A DNA stretch of 64,000 nucleotides from the NCBI GenBank assembly GCA_964106645.2, contig OZ067039.1, one strand, 5' to 3'. The DNA is from Podarcis pityusensis (taxonomy: Eukaryota). The first letter of the stretch is position 1. The number at the start of each line of letters is the position of its first letter. The notes beneath the pieces were generated by a model. That model was given only the letters and a program-made list of their open reading frames with translations. It had not been told where the DNA came from and searched no databases. The translations under genes and the position numbers were made by a program. Of the stretch, positions 1-12,239 are shown one piece after another.

Positions 1-3000
1 GTTTGTCCAGGGGAGATAAACCACAAGCCTGGTTTGGGAAACTTATGGTTCAGCTACGCACACCAGCAAAATAAGCAGGGAGCCATGAAGCAGCCTCCTC
101 TGGAACCTGGATGCTTATACAGTCATGCGAAGCCATGGTTTGGCTTGGCATGATATGCGAACCAGGCCACCAATTGGCCGTATATGCATCACCATAAACC
201 TACCCTCCAACACGTCACAATGAAAAAATAGGGTGCCATCTTCCGGGGCCAAACTCCTGTGCGAGGAGTTTAGACTAAACGACTAAACAACAACAACCCG
301 AGGTACCACTGTATTCAGGTGTTCCTCCTCACACCATCGCAAGAGGAGGAGAGCAGCAGCACACACACTGGCCTCCTTCTTTTTTTGGCCCACCATCACA
401 CCGTGGGAAGGGATCCCCGCTGGAGTGATTGCATCCTTTTTGGCAAAGGGATATAACTCCAGAGCCACACAGTCCACAGAAGCAACTGTTCCATTTGCTT
501 ATGCTATGCCTTACATGCCGATATTTTAGGAAATGGAACCACGTCAAGATGAGAGTAGAAATCTAAACCAACATTTTTTTTAATCTATAATTTCTAGTGT
601 GTTCTATTACAAACCTTGCATCCGGGGCTATTCTTATAAGGTATACCACTTTAGAATGGTTACTTATAAGGATAGTATTTCAGAAACTATTGATTATTTT
701 TATTGGCTCTTTCATTTTCTTCACTGATATTCTTTCTTCATAAGAATATATGCAACTTATTTGAATCTTTAAAGCTCTGGCATCTCTTCTGTGTCTGCAC
801 TGTCCCATACCAGGAGCGGATGTATTGTTATTATTATAGAAGAGAGCAATACCAAATAAACAATAGTGCCTTCCATTGCAAGAAAACATCTCTCCTTGAC
901 TGATATTGTATTTCTCATAGCAATAAAACCCAGACCCTTTTCCCTCTTTCCTTTTGCTGCAGCTGCACTTTGGAGTGAAGGCTTTATGAATTCTTTTACA
1001 ATAAGTCCCAAATCTCCTTCCTCATAAGTGTACATCTCTGACTGTCAGCTTCCCCCTCCTGCATTTCACAACTCTGTTCTGCACGTTGTTTCCTATCATC
1101 CAGTCTTCCTCCCTTCCCTAAATGATGTGATTATGATACTCTGATATTGATTAGGGTGGAACCCCCTGGATTTGCCACCTTGCTTTTAACACATTCCTTT
1201 CCCATTCATCTGGATCTGAATCTGAATCAAATGCCCACTTATTTTTTATGCAACAGTGGCTTGCAGGAAGAGATTGGGCTTCAGCTTCTGAGTTTAATTT
1301 ATCATATTAAACCTGGAAAAGATGTCTGCTTTCTTTCTGGAGGGTTGAAAAGCATTCCCCAACTGGATTTCTCATTTTCCTCTCATTTTGCTCATATATT
1401 TTCCCTGATGTGAGTTGTTTTGTAGCTTCTTTCTACTTTCTTCTGGTGCTAGTTTATTTGTTGTTGTTTTTTTAAAAAATATCTTGCCCTTCCTCTCAGG
1501 CAGCATTATATTACAACTCTACAATACAATATTAAAATTACAACTAAAACCACAGACCAGAAATCTGCACCCACACCCTAGAATAATGAAGCAAGATGCT
1601 CCTAACTTAAACATAATAGAGATCTGCAACATAACTTCTGATTGAATGGAGCATTGTAACTGTCCATGCATATATCAGTCCAGACCCAAACCTGTCTGGG
1701 TCAAGCAAATAGAAAATAATTGTCACATCCATGTTTCATGTCTATTAAAAAACAACACCCACAATGAATAACAAAAAATCATGGATTTCATTTCAGGATA
1801 ATAGAGATCCATGTGAATACCAAAGGAGAATATAAATAATCAGAGGTATAAGTGCTACCTCTGATCTCCCTGGCTTCTATTGCTCTGTCAGGAGACACAC
1901 ATGAGATTTTCTTTTCTGAGCAGTTATCTATCTCCTGTTGTGTTGTCTCAGTGGGAGACAAATGGAGGTCTATTCTATCACTCTGAGAAATTCTGGTAAG
2001 GGATGCCAGAAACTGATCACCCTATCCGCCAGGGAGCTCAGAGGAGAACCAGAGAGAGAAGAGGGAGCTAGAACTTCCTGGGAAGAAGATGTATGTAAAA
2101 TCTGTAAGTGCCAGCACAACTGTTCATACATGTACAAGCCCAGTTCAAAATATGCTGGAAGGGTCAAGATTTGGGGACTGATGTGCGGTGTTTCCTAGGT
2201 TCTAGAATGACTGGTTCTTTTAGCAGCAGTACTTGCACAGTCTGAGATGCGCTTGTTGACAGTTTATGTTCGCTCCTGAGAGCCACACATTTTCCCTGTT
2301 TTATTCCACCCCCACTGTTTTGCACTACATTATGTTTGATGGGCTCCATAGGAGGATGTCCACTTGCCTGTTTCCTCAAGCTGGGAATTAGCATCACTAC
2401 TACTGGGCTGGCATGTAGTTGTCATCAAAAATCCAATAGGACTCCGACCGTTCACAGTGTAATCCTGTTTGATTGTAATAATGAGTGTTTAATAGGCAGT
2501 TTCTTTGTCTGTGAGTCTTCCTCACCCCCACCCCTTAACAAAAACCAATTTTAAGAGGGGGGAAGCATAAAAGTCTCCCCCCATTTGTGTTGCATAAAAT
2601 GAGAAAGGAAGAATGAAAGAAAGGAAGAAAGAAGCAACAAGCAACAGCTGCCTGCAGGCTATTATGACGCTGAAGAGGCAGTAGAAGGGAAGTGCTGGAG
2701 CTAAAGTTCTCATTCATGAAATCAGATTAAGCGGTTAGTTGAATCTCTCTCATCTTTGAAGCTAATGGCAGAGATGCATAATCATCTGCCTCCAGTCCAA
2801 GTCGACTGGGTATTATTTTCGCCAGCATGAGTTCAGGTCTTTATCTTCCATTGTGTTTTTACAATTTGCTTTTCATAATTGGTTGACAGGGAGAATCATC
2901 AAGTATAAAGCCTGCTTCATTGAGATATGAGTAAAATTTCCACCCTGGTCCTTTCAGTGATAGCCTTCCCACTGAGCGATATAAGTAACAATTAATAGCA

Positions 3001-5490
3001 GAGATTTGCTTGCTTGCCACAGACAGACAATCCAGGGGCAGAATACGTTCCACATGTCTCTCACCAACGTATCCAACCACTTCTCGTCTGCGTTCTGCCC
3101 GCTTCCTGTCACACAGCTACATTTCACTCTTTTATTCTTAGGCGTCATTGTGGGTTGCAGTTAAATACACCCAGGGAAATATTTAAAGGGCAAATAGTCT
3201 CAGCAGAGCAAACTTCCAAAAGAGAGACCTTTTCCTCCCACAAACACGACTCGTGCTAAAAGCTGTGTCCCAATCCTGAATGACCCAAAATAACAATAAT
3301 GCACTTTTGAGTGGGTAGTACACAACCAGGACAATACTGGCAAGAAAGCTCTCTCCCTTTCTGTTAAGAGATGCACCTCTAACGAAGAAAACACCGCCCA
3401 GAGTGCCACAGGAAGAGTGAGAGTGAACAGCAGTCAAGAGATAGCTGGTCTGTTGGGAGACTATTGGTGGACGTTTGATTCCTGCAAGAATCTCAGATAG
3501 CGGCAGGGTGATGCAATGGCATTGGAAGGCAGAGAGAAAAGAGATTCTACATGCTACAGAAGCCCATGGACTCCATTGCTGGTCCAGGTATCATAGGTTC
3601 TGCTTCCTGCAGAACTGTAAGTGGCAAGAATAAGGGCAGGGTGATAGCTTCCAGAAAGGAAAAGAAACAGATTTTTGTCCTGAATGGAAAGAGACATGCA
3701 ATGGAGCCTGTTTGAATCGCATGGAACTGTCTCTTATGTCCAGAACTAAACCGTCACTGCTCAACGTTGCTTGATGTACTCATTTCCAGTTTAATGTTTT
3801 GACGTGATATACTGCATGTTGAAAGACTGTCTATCTTTGCCCATCTGCATTCTGCTCCCTTTCTGAGATCCATGAAACCTGGGTTGACCAACATGGTGCT
3901 TGTGGGCACAGCAGTGCCCTCAAAAGCTTTCCTTGGTGCCAGTAGTGGATGGTGGGGTGCTGCTACTCACCTGACCTCCATCAGGGCCCTTACATGATGC
4001 TGACTTCACTGCCCCTGCCCCCTCCTGGTAAGCAAGCAGCAGTGATGTGACCAACAAGAGTTCAGATGAGCAGCAGTGCCACTCCATGCTATCTGCTACT
4101 GTTTGGCACCTGCCAAACCCACCCTGCCCTTTCCAATTTTTATTTTAAATCAGGGTGCAGGATTTCCCCCCTCCCCTTATAGGTTTTTGGGGGTTTTCTG
4201 CCTCTCTTTTTTAAGGGGAAGGCTCCAGTCACCAGATTTTCTTTGATGAAATTGATATTTTCATCAAAGTTTCTTAATTTCCAAATGTACTTCTGAATGT
4301 GCAAACCTTGCTCAGAACAGCAGTATCACTTCATCCTTGCTAATTCCATGGTTTCACTTCCCTGTCCCTGCCAGGTTGTCTACTGTCTTTTGCTTTCCAT
4401 GTGTTGGATTCTATCCCTCCCAGCGATGTAATCCTACACCAGCAAACAAAACAGAAGAATGATCAGTGAAAACATGTACATCATTTCCTCTTCTAAAGCC
4501 TAACTCCATATTAAATATCAACCACACACCAGTGTCAAGGCTCTTTTCGTCTGTGACTAAATAATTGAACAGAATGCCTGCAAAATAAAGCCATTTTGCT
4601 TCTACTCGCAATTGTTATCCTATTTTCAGTGAGCTACCATGTGTGCAGAATACAGCACCATCCTCAGCATATCAAAGTTACTGAGTGGAAATTCAAACCA
4701 CACAAAAACAATATGTACACACGATAAACACAAACATATCAAACCTAGAAATTGTTCCTTCATGGTCCAGGCTCAAATGTGTCTGGATAATGCAGCAAAT
4801 AACAAATATAAAATGGAAGACAGAGGCTGTTTCTCTGATTTCCTACCCTAGAAGGGAAATAAGGTTGTAATCAGTATCAATAGCAAATTGTTTAACATTG
4901 GGCAATATATTAGCAGGCTGATTATATGTTACAAACAGCCTTCTACAATGTGACTTAAAGAAACCATTAGGACTTTCAGTCTAGGTGTTAGAGTTCTGTA
5001 ACCTATGCAGAACAATAACACCTGATAAAGTTGGGCTGTCTACCTGATTTCATGCCAGAATCTCATCCTATATCTAAAGTTCATATTTATTTCTCTCTGC
5101 TTCTCTTGCGGAAGGTGGCTGGGAAATTCAAGTGTAGAGAAAATCAGAGCAGGGGAGATTCAAACTGAGGAAGGATAGCGGTGGCAGGACAAAACTTTAT
5201 TCATCCTTACTTTGTCTGTTGAACGGTATCATGACCTTCTTTAAGTGGTCAACTGTTAGAAACCAGACAATCTGTATTCAGAAATAAAACAACATCAAAA
5301 AATCTTGCTCGGTAGGTAAGCTTGCAATTTCTAAACATTAAGGATCTGTACAACAATTAATTCAAGAATTGCATTGTGAAGATGCCAAACAAAATGAAAG
5401 GGGTACTTAATATTGATCAGACGATGCTTTGAGTATTCACCAAGAAAAAGTAGCAGTTTTATTGCTATACAACCACAGGTGACAGGTCTC

Positions 5491-5549
5491 AACAATTTCC
5501 TGAATCCATAACAATTTCTTTAAATCCATAACAATTTTCCTAAATCTAT
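5491..5549. repeat. Three tandem copies of a 19-20 bp unit
   Basis: AACAATTTCCTGAATCCAT / AACAATTTCTTTAAATCCAT / AACAATTTTCCTAAATCTAT. Confidence 0.85.
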
Positions 5550-6018
5550 ATGCTTTTATGAACATATTTCAACCCAAAAATCAATACAAACATATTCACA
5601 GATAAGGAAAGACAATTAGATATCTCCATAATGGACTGTCATTACTACCAATTTCTATCCAGCTGCTATTGCAAATACAGAAGCTTTTTTGAGATGTCTT
5701 TGTCACTGTTTGATAGCAATTTATTGTGTGTGATTGGTCAGTAACAAAACCTGGGAAATAAGGTTATCAGTGCAATAAAAGTTTTCCTTCTATCATCAGA
5801 AAACTGGCAAAATGAAAAAGGAGCAAATGTTCAGCTGCTTCACTTCTTTTCTCCTCTAGTCTCTCTGAAATATTAGCTATCTCTTTGGAGGAAAGCTTAT
5901 TATTTGCAGGGGTTATGCAGAGGTCACCAAAATGGTGTCTGTGGGCACAATGGCAGCCTTGTGGTCTCTCATGGCAAAGCTTCTGAGTTCCCCATCTCAT
6001 TTCCATCTTGGTCGTGAT

Positions 6019-6643
6019 CAGGGTTTTTTTCCCCAGCTGGAACTCACTGGAACTGAGTTCTGCCTCCTCTTTGGTGCATTCTGGCACCTCATTGTAGCAT
6101 ACCGGCATCTGTATAGTGGCCCTGAGCTCTGAGCTGTGTGTCAGAGGCAGTGGCGGAGCAAGCCGATTGGGCACCTGAGGCAGCGTGCGTGCCCTGCGTC
6201 CAGAGATGGGGCCAGCAACCCGCAGGTATGGGGCCAGCCACCCACAGGGCAGGGCAAGCTGGGGCAGGACACCCTGTGGGGCCTCCAAGGAGTCTGCCTG
6301 TCTCCTCCCTCTCAGCCACCCTACAGTCTGCGGGTGCCCAAGCCACCACATCATTTCCAGGAGAGACGTGTGGCTCAGGCATGCTGCAGGCCCTGCGGTG
6401 AGTGCCGCCGGCATTTTGTCACCCCCTCAGTGGTGACACCCGGGGCGGTCCGCCCTCACTGCACCTTCTTCCTCCGTCCCTGGTTGGAGGCTTCGGGCTG
6501 CATGTTGCTCGTGGCTTTGTGTCAGAGGTTGTGGGGCAGCATGTCTTAGACGACGTTTTAATGCAAACACAGTGATGCCAGATTGTCTGTCAAAAAATGA
6601 GGGAGTTCCTACACCTCTTTTTCTAGGAAAAAAAAAAGCACTG
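6019..6643. mobile_element. Outer MITE with CAGGG-T(n) ... A(n)GCACTG ends
   Basis: The GGAACTCACTGGAACTGAGTTC motif and terminal sequence recur at 32806-32870 and 41383-41513. Confidence 0.7.
6148..6482. mobile_element. GC-rich hAT MITE nested in another MITE
   Basis: TIRs CAGTGGCGGAG and CTCCGTCCCTG, flanks GTCAGAGG and GTTGGAGG. Shares the GTCACCCC...CCCGGGGCGG motif with 51791-52041. Confidence 0.8.
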
Positions 6644-7814
6644 GTCAACCTTTTAGTCCCTTGAAAAGTACAAAGAGCCGAACAGGGAAGTTGGAATGAT
6701 GCTCTGTCACACTTTCTCTTTCAGCTCTATGTGCTTTTCAAGGCTCAGATTATTTCTGCTGGAATCCATTTTTACCCAGATCACTCAGGAAAGCAAGGTC
6801 TCTCTCTGTGTGTGCTTTCTCTCTTTTTGTGTATGGCTTATTTAGTGGAGCAGGGGAGAGAAGTGGCCAGAAGGCGGGGGGCACACACTCAAAAATCTAA
6901 GTGTGACCACAGGCCAGAAAAGGCTGGTGCCTCCTGCTTTAATGTTTTCATCAAGTATATGACCTATACTTTCAGAAATGAATGGGAACTTTAGATGCAT
7001 CAATTTTCAGTGCTTGCTCTGTTTGTGTCTGCTAAAGAGTAGCAGGTACTTCTCTAAGAACCCATCCTCACAGCACAAGTGCATCTTTGAAACAGTCTGC
7101 GTCAACTTCCAGCTGTGAATTCCAAATGACGGGGTCATTGTATAAAAGCCACAACTGAACAACACAGGGATGCTCTTTCTGCAGATTGCTTGCAAGACTA
7201 GCCTGCAGCGGCATGCAGAACATCAGATACATCTCATTGTGGCACTGACAGTCTTCACACAACCACTGCAGTGTGGGGCACCCATGGCTGAAATATAGTA
7301 AGATATGTACCAGCTAGTTGCTTTCAAGACAAAGGAATAAATGCCACTGCTCTTAGAGTTGTGCTTTCTTTGACTCCAGATCCCTTCCTCTAGGATTTTT
7401 GATTCATCATCATATGCTTTATCTGAATTGTTAACTCAGGATGAGATAAAGGAAAACACAGCTTTACTGGTTCTTCTTTTGGGGGGCAGCCACTGCCAAA
7501 ATTGGTAGAATCAGAGGGGGCTTATTTTGTCTTGAGTTTTTAAATTCTGCAATTGGTGTCTTTGCCTTGATACTGGTCGTTGACCATAAGAAAACGACTT
7601 GACAGAGGGGGCTGAAAAAAATGGTTCAGGGGCGAATCTGGCCCTTGAACTGGGGGCTAAACACACTGCTGTAAAGCATAATACAATGGCGATGATGCAG
7701 GGTAAAAATACAGTGATGGTGAGTACAAGAATTACTTTATACTCCATTGGCATTAGCAGACAGCATGGTGTCATCGTTTACATGCCCAGATGCTGTGGTG
7801 CCACTGCTCCACAG

Positions 7815-8154
7815 GGTAAAGGGACCCCTGACCATTAGGTCCAATCGTGACCGACTCTGGGGTGGCGGCGCTCATCTTGCTTTATTGGCTGAGGGAGCCA
7901 GCATACAGCTTCCGGGTCATATGGCCAGCATGACTAAGCCGCTTCTGGCGAACCAGAGCAGCACACGGAAACGCTGTTTACCTTTCCGCTGGAGTGGTAC
8001 CTATTTATCTACTTGCACTTTGACGTGCTTTCGAACTGCTAGGTGGGCAGGAGCAGGGACCGAGCAACGGGAGCTCACCCCGTCGCAGGGATTCAAACCG
8101 CCGACCTTCTGATTGGCAAGTCCTGGCTCTGTGGTTTAACCCACAGCACCACCC
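7815..8154 (-). mobile_element. Sauria SINE
   Basis: The minus strand reads a tRNA-like head GTGGTGCTGTGGGTTAAACC...GGTTTGAATCC, the body, a Bov-B-related GAGTCGGTCACGA, and a CCTTTACC tail. Confidence 0.92.
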
Positions 8155-10209
8155 TCACTGTCCAAAAGACCACTCACGACAAAATTATATGGTTTGAATG
8201 AGGCCACGACATTATTGATTACAGATGTAAGGGTTTGGCATAGACACGGGGTTGAAACAGATATCAACCAACCCATCTGCTGGATGATAAACCAATGAGT
8301 CCAATCAGTGCTGAGGAGGCCCTATGGCCATACATCAAATAGGAGCCACCTCTCGAGGATCACCAACTTGAGGAATGCTATGGCCCTACCCCTGCCTGGG
8401 CATCCAGACAGAAGCACCTCCTCCTGGATCCTTTTCACTTGGAGGAGCAGGCAGAGGCTTACAACCTCCCCTCTGGCCATGACTAGGTTTTACCCAATGC
8501 CTTCTTTGCCACTCAAGCCAGACCAAATTCTGGCCAAATTCTGCTGCAAACAATCCCTCAAACTGACCAAGATATTCGTAAGTCACACATCATTCCCAGG
8601 TCTGCCCCCAGAGTAAGTCTGCCCACCAGCCCACGTGCCATCGTTCAGTCTGGAAGGCAGGCTCATCCTCAGTCTTTCCAGCTGGAGGGAGAGGTGTGTT
8701 ATGTCTTTGTCTGGCAGGAAGACCCAGCACAGGGACTGCTTTGGGGGTGAGCCTGCACTGTTCTGCAACACTGTGTTACTGTGGAGTTGGAGGGGGGGAA
8801 GGCCTCCAATTTGTTTTCATACTTCTTAAACAAACAAAAAAGGTTCTCATATGGAAAGGTGCTCCTTCTCCATCTCTGCAAAGAGAGGAGGAGGCAGTGT
8901 GTAACCCACTGAAGTCAACAGTGAAACTCACATTGATCTTAATGGATAGAGACTGTCATCAGTTACTGAGCCCTCATTATTTTTGAAAAACATACTGCAG
9001 CATTATTTGCTAATATATTAGGAAATGATCATAAATAATTAAATCAAACTGCAGCCGTGAAAGTGAACGAGTATGCAGTAATGTATTTCATTTGCTTTTT
9101 AAAAAGCACTCTCTTGCCTGCAATACTTACTAATTCACCATGGATCTATGAGTTGTTAGTGCAATTCAGAGAGATCCAAATCGACTATTTGTCTGGGCTC
9201 TGTTTAGTTTTGGAAAGGACAATTTTAATGGAATGTAAAATGTACGGAACGGTAGTCCGCTGAGATAAAGGCCAGAGTATTGGATTGCCAGGCCTGATTG
9301 TGTACTTGCTCAACTGATCATTTACAACAGTGGCTTGCACTCTGCGCATACCTCTTGAAAATGAATGAGCACATTCTGATCTACTGCTCTAGTTATTTTC
9401 TAGCTTGTAATCATTTATCACAAACCCACATAAAAATGAAATTCAATTAATCAACCCATACAATGAGCCTGTCTCTTGCTATTTTTCTTTAATATGTTTT
9501 TCCACCGTTGAATAAAATTGTAATTGTCATTGCAAAATATCAAATTGGAGCCACATAACAAATAGCTATGGATTTGTAATTAAACCTAATAAAGCCCATG
9601 CTGAAATCTTTTTTTAAAGCAGGGAGCTAAAATCCAATTAAAACTTATTATGGGAAACACAATACCTGGGTTTCAAGACCAACATATCCTTGGTTTGTAA
9701 CAAAAGCGGTCTTAAGGCTCTGCTACTCCAAGGTGTGACTCAACAAGCCAGGGTAAATAGCTGGTGGCAAAGAGGACAATACAAAGTGATGAATAGTCAG
9801 GAACAGAACACTTATCTCCTATTATCACCATAGCCAGGTTATAATTATGTCCCAGTGTGCACATGATGCTGCTTTCTTGTAAGTCGATATTAATTTTTAC
9901 CACCTGGGGTGGGTGGGTGTGTCTTGTATTACACTAGTTCATCTTAGCAATATGAAGGTTGTTCATTAGAAAACAGCTTGACCGGTTAGTAGAGCAGGTA
10001 GTGCTACTGCCTTACAAAGATGATGCTAAACATAGCCTAGATTATGGGCGGCTGCTAAGCTTGGAACTGGAGCCTCAAGAGACATAAAGTTCCACATCAA
10101 GGGCCGACCATCGAGACAAGGTGGTATGTAAAGAGAAGGCAAGGTTGTGCACATGATTGGCACCATGTAGGAACAGACGACAGTGCTCAGACTGTCAGCT
10201 TATATCATT

Positions 10210-10425
10210 ATATCATTTATTATTATTTATTGCACCTATATCCCACTCATTCTCTCAAAGCAACCCAGGGTGACAAACACATCCACGTAAAAAAAAAAAG
10301 TAAAAAAAGCATTTTCAAAGTGGTACAGTTAAAAACATTACTCAGCGTTGCCAGGAACAGTACTCTTCAGCCACCCAACACCTAGGTGAACATGAATGTT
10401 TTCAAATTCCTCCTGAAAGTCAAGG
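10210..10425 (-). mobile_element. Degenerate L2-like 3' end
   Basis: (TTAT)n tail followed by TATATCCCAC...CCCAGGGTGAC and GTTTTCAAATTCCTCCTGAA, the same layout as other L2 ends. Confidence 0.5.
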
Positions 10426-11399
10426 ACGGCTGTGCAATATAAAACCCATCACCTCAATGGAAAAAGAAAAGCTACCTGGAAGACAGGGAAGGAAACAGTG
10501 AAAGGAACTCTAGGATATACCCTCTTTTTAAAAATTTGCCTGTTTCAAATTTTTTTTATTTCAGAAAAAAAATTAATCACTTGATGGCACGGTAGGGAGG
10601 GCCCCTCAAAGCAGTTTACAGTGGCTTTGTTGTAGCTGCGAAACTTTCCTGAGAAGTTTTGGTAGCCTAATCAAAACTCTTTCAAAATCCCTTGACAATC
10701 CACAGATCTTTTTGCCCGAGTGCGAACTTCTACATTCACCTCAATGTGTATTTTGATGAGTTCATTTTTGTCCCTCAACAAACAACATTCTAAGACCGTT
10801 CGCCCCCTTAACGGGCAGGTGGCTTTGCGGGCAGGCCCAGGGCCTCCCTGGTAAACTAGCCTATCGCAGGCCAGATCATCTTCCTTCCGCCAAATGGGCC
10901 AATGGCGACAGGGATTAATGGGCCTCCCCCTAGGCGTGGGACCAACCGGCCAATGGCAGCCCTTGGCACCACACCCAGGGCAAGTTTAAAGGGGGGGCTT
11001 TTGGGCCTCTCTCTAGCTGCGCTGGTTCTAAGTGAGCATCACTTGCCACAAGAGTAAAAGGAGGAACATCTGTTTTGCATGTAACCGCAGAAGGCAGTTT
11101 CCTGTTCCCAAATGGGGTCCTAATCTCCATGGCCCTGCTGCATTCATGTATGGTTGGCTCTCCAAGTATGCTGAGGCCATCGGCTATGAATTTAGCTTGA
11201 GAAAAAGGTCTCCATTTGGTACCTGAACAACATTCCTGCGCCAACAGTGTAATTCCTTGGCTTCTAATGTGCTGGCATCCTTTGCATTTACATGCTGCTG
11301 CACTAAGCCTTAGGATCAAGGCTTCAAGTCAGAAATATTTTTTGCATGTTTTTGTTTTAATTAGGAATGAAGTCGGAAATGCATGTGATTGTTCAAAAT

Positions 11400-11760
11400 A
11401 ACCATGCGAAGGTTCTGTAGGGTAACAAAAGAATTTGGGGAGATGGTGTATAACGAACTTAAGAAAATGTTCCAAAGAACGTTTCCCAAGAATCCAGAAG
11501 CTTTTCTTCTGGGAGTAATAATGACAGAAATCCCCCCAAAACAAACGTATGAATATATGTGACAACAGCCGCTCGAATTTTAACTGCACAAAAATGTAAA
11601 ATGGATACAGTCCCATCAAGAGAAGAATGGCATCTCAAAATATTAGAATATATAGAACTAGTATGACAAACATAAAAGTTTGAAAGAGGATGGGATACTA
11701 TATACAGATTATATGGAAAATAATTTTAACAAGAAAATAATCATAACAGGTTAAAAAACA
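11400..11760 (+). mobile_element. Old degenerate L1 ORF2 C-terminal fragment
   Basis: Translates to WEMVYNELKKMFQRTFPKNPEAFLLG, homologous to WEMIYNEMKKVFKYTFLKKPEAFLLG in the 33.5-34.8 kb copy. Ends approximate. Confidence 0.8.
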
Positions 11761-11921
11761 CACACACTCAGCAGTGTATGTTACAACATGAGATTATGCA
11801 AGGTAATGAGAATACTGTTGAAAAGTAAAGAAACACAGTTACCGTAAAAGGGCAATAGATAGGAAACCAGGGAAAGAGTGGAAGGGAAGTAAAAGTGAAG
11901 ATATAGAGGATTAAAATAATT

Positions 11922-11924
<3 letters not shown>

Positions 11925-11964
<40 letters not shown>

Positions 11965-12080
11965 TTATTATTTGTACCCCGCCCATCTGGCTGGGTTTCC
12001 CCAGCCACTCTGGGCGGCTTCCAACAAAGATGAAAAATACACTAAAATGTCACATATTAAAAACTTCCCTGAACAGGGCT
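11925..12080 (-). mobile_element. L2 3' end with expanded (TAA)n tail
   Basis: ACCCCGCCCATCTGGCTGGGTTTCCCCAGCCACTCTGGGCGGCT is shared with the 20.4-kb copy. Confidence 0.85.
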
Positions 12081-12189
12081 GGTGAAATAAAGACATATTA
12101 TTATTACTTGTTTATGCTTTATTATCATTTTTCTTATCATTTCCTGCATGACTAATATGTTTTGTTGGTGAGATATAATGAAAAAGCAA

Positions 12190-12191
<2 letters not shown>

Positions 12192-12225
<34 letters not shown>

Positions 12226-12239
12226 CACACACACACACA
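12192..12239. repeat. (CA)n microsatellite
   Basis: Read directly, with one interruption. Confidence 0.95.

Noticed and set aside
5491-5549. CRISPR-like array
   Set aside because: The tandem units are contiguous with no spacers, and the DNA is eukaryotic.
5767-6549. 215-aa and overlapping ORFs
   Set aside because: They cross nested GC-rich MITEs and encode no domain.
8226-8790. Possible solo LTR (TGTAAGGG start, CCAAT boxes)
   Set aside because: I found no matching CA end, TSD or AATAAA.
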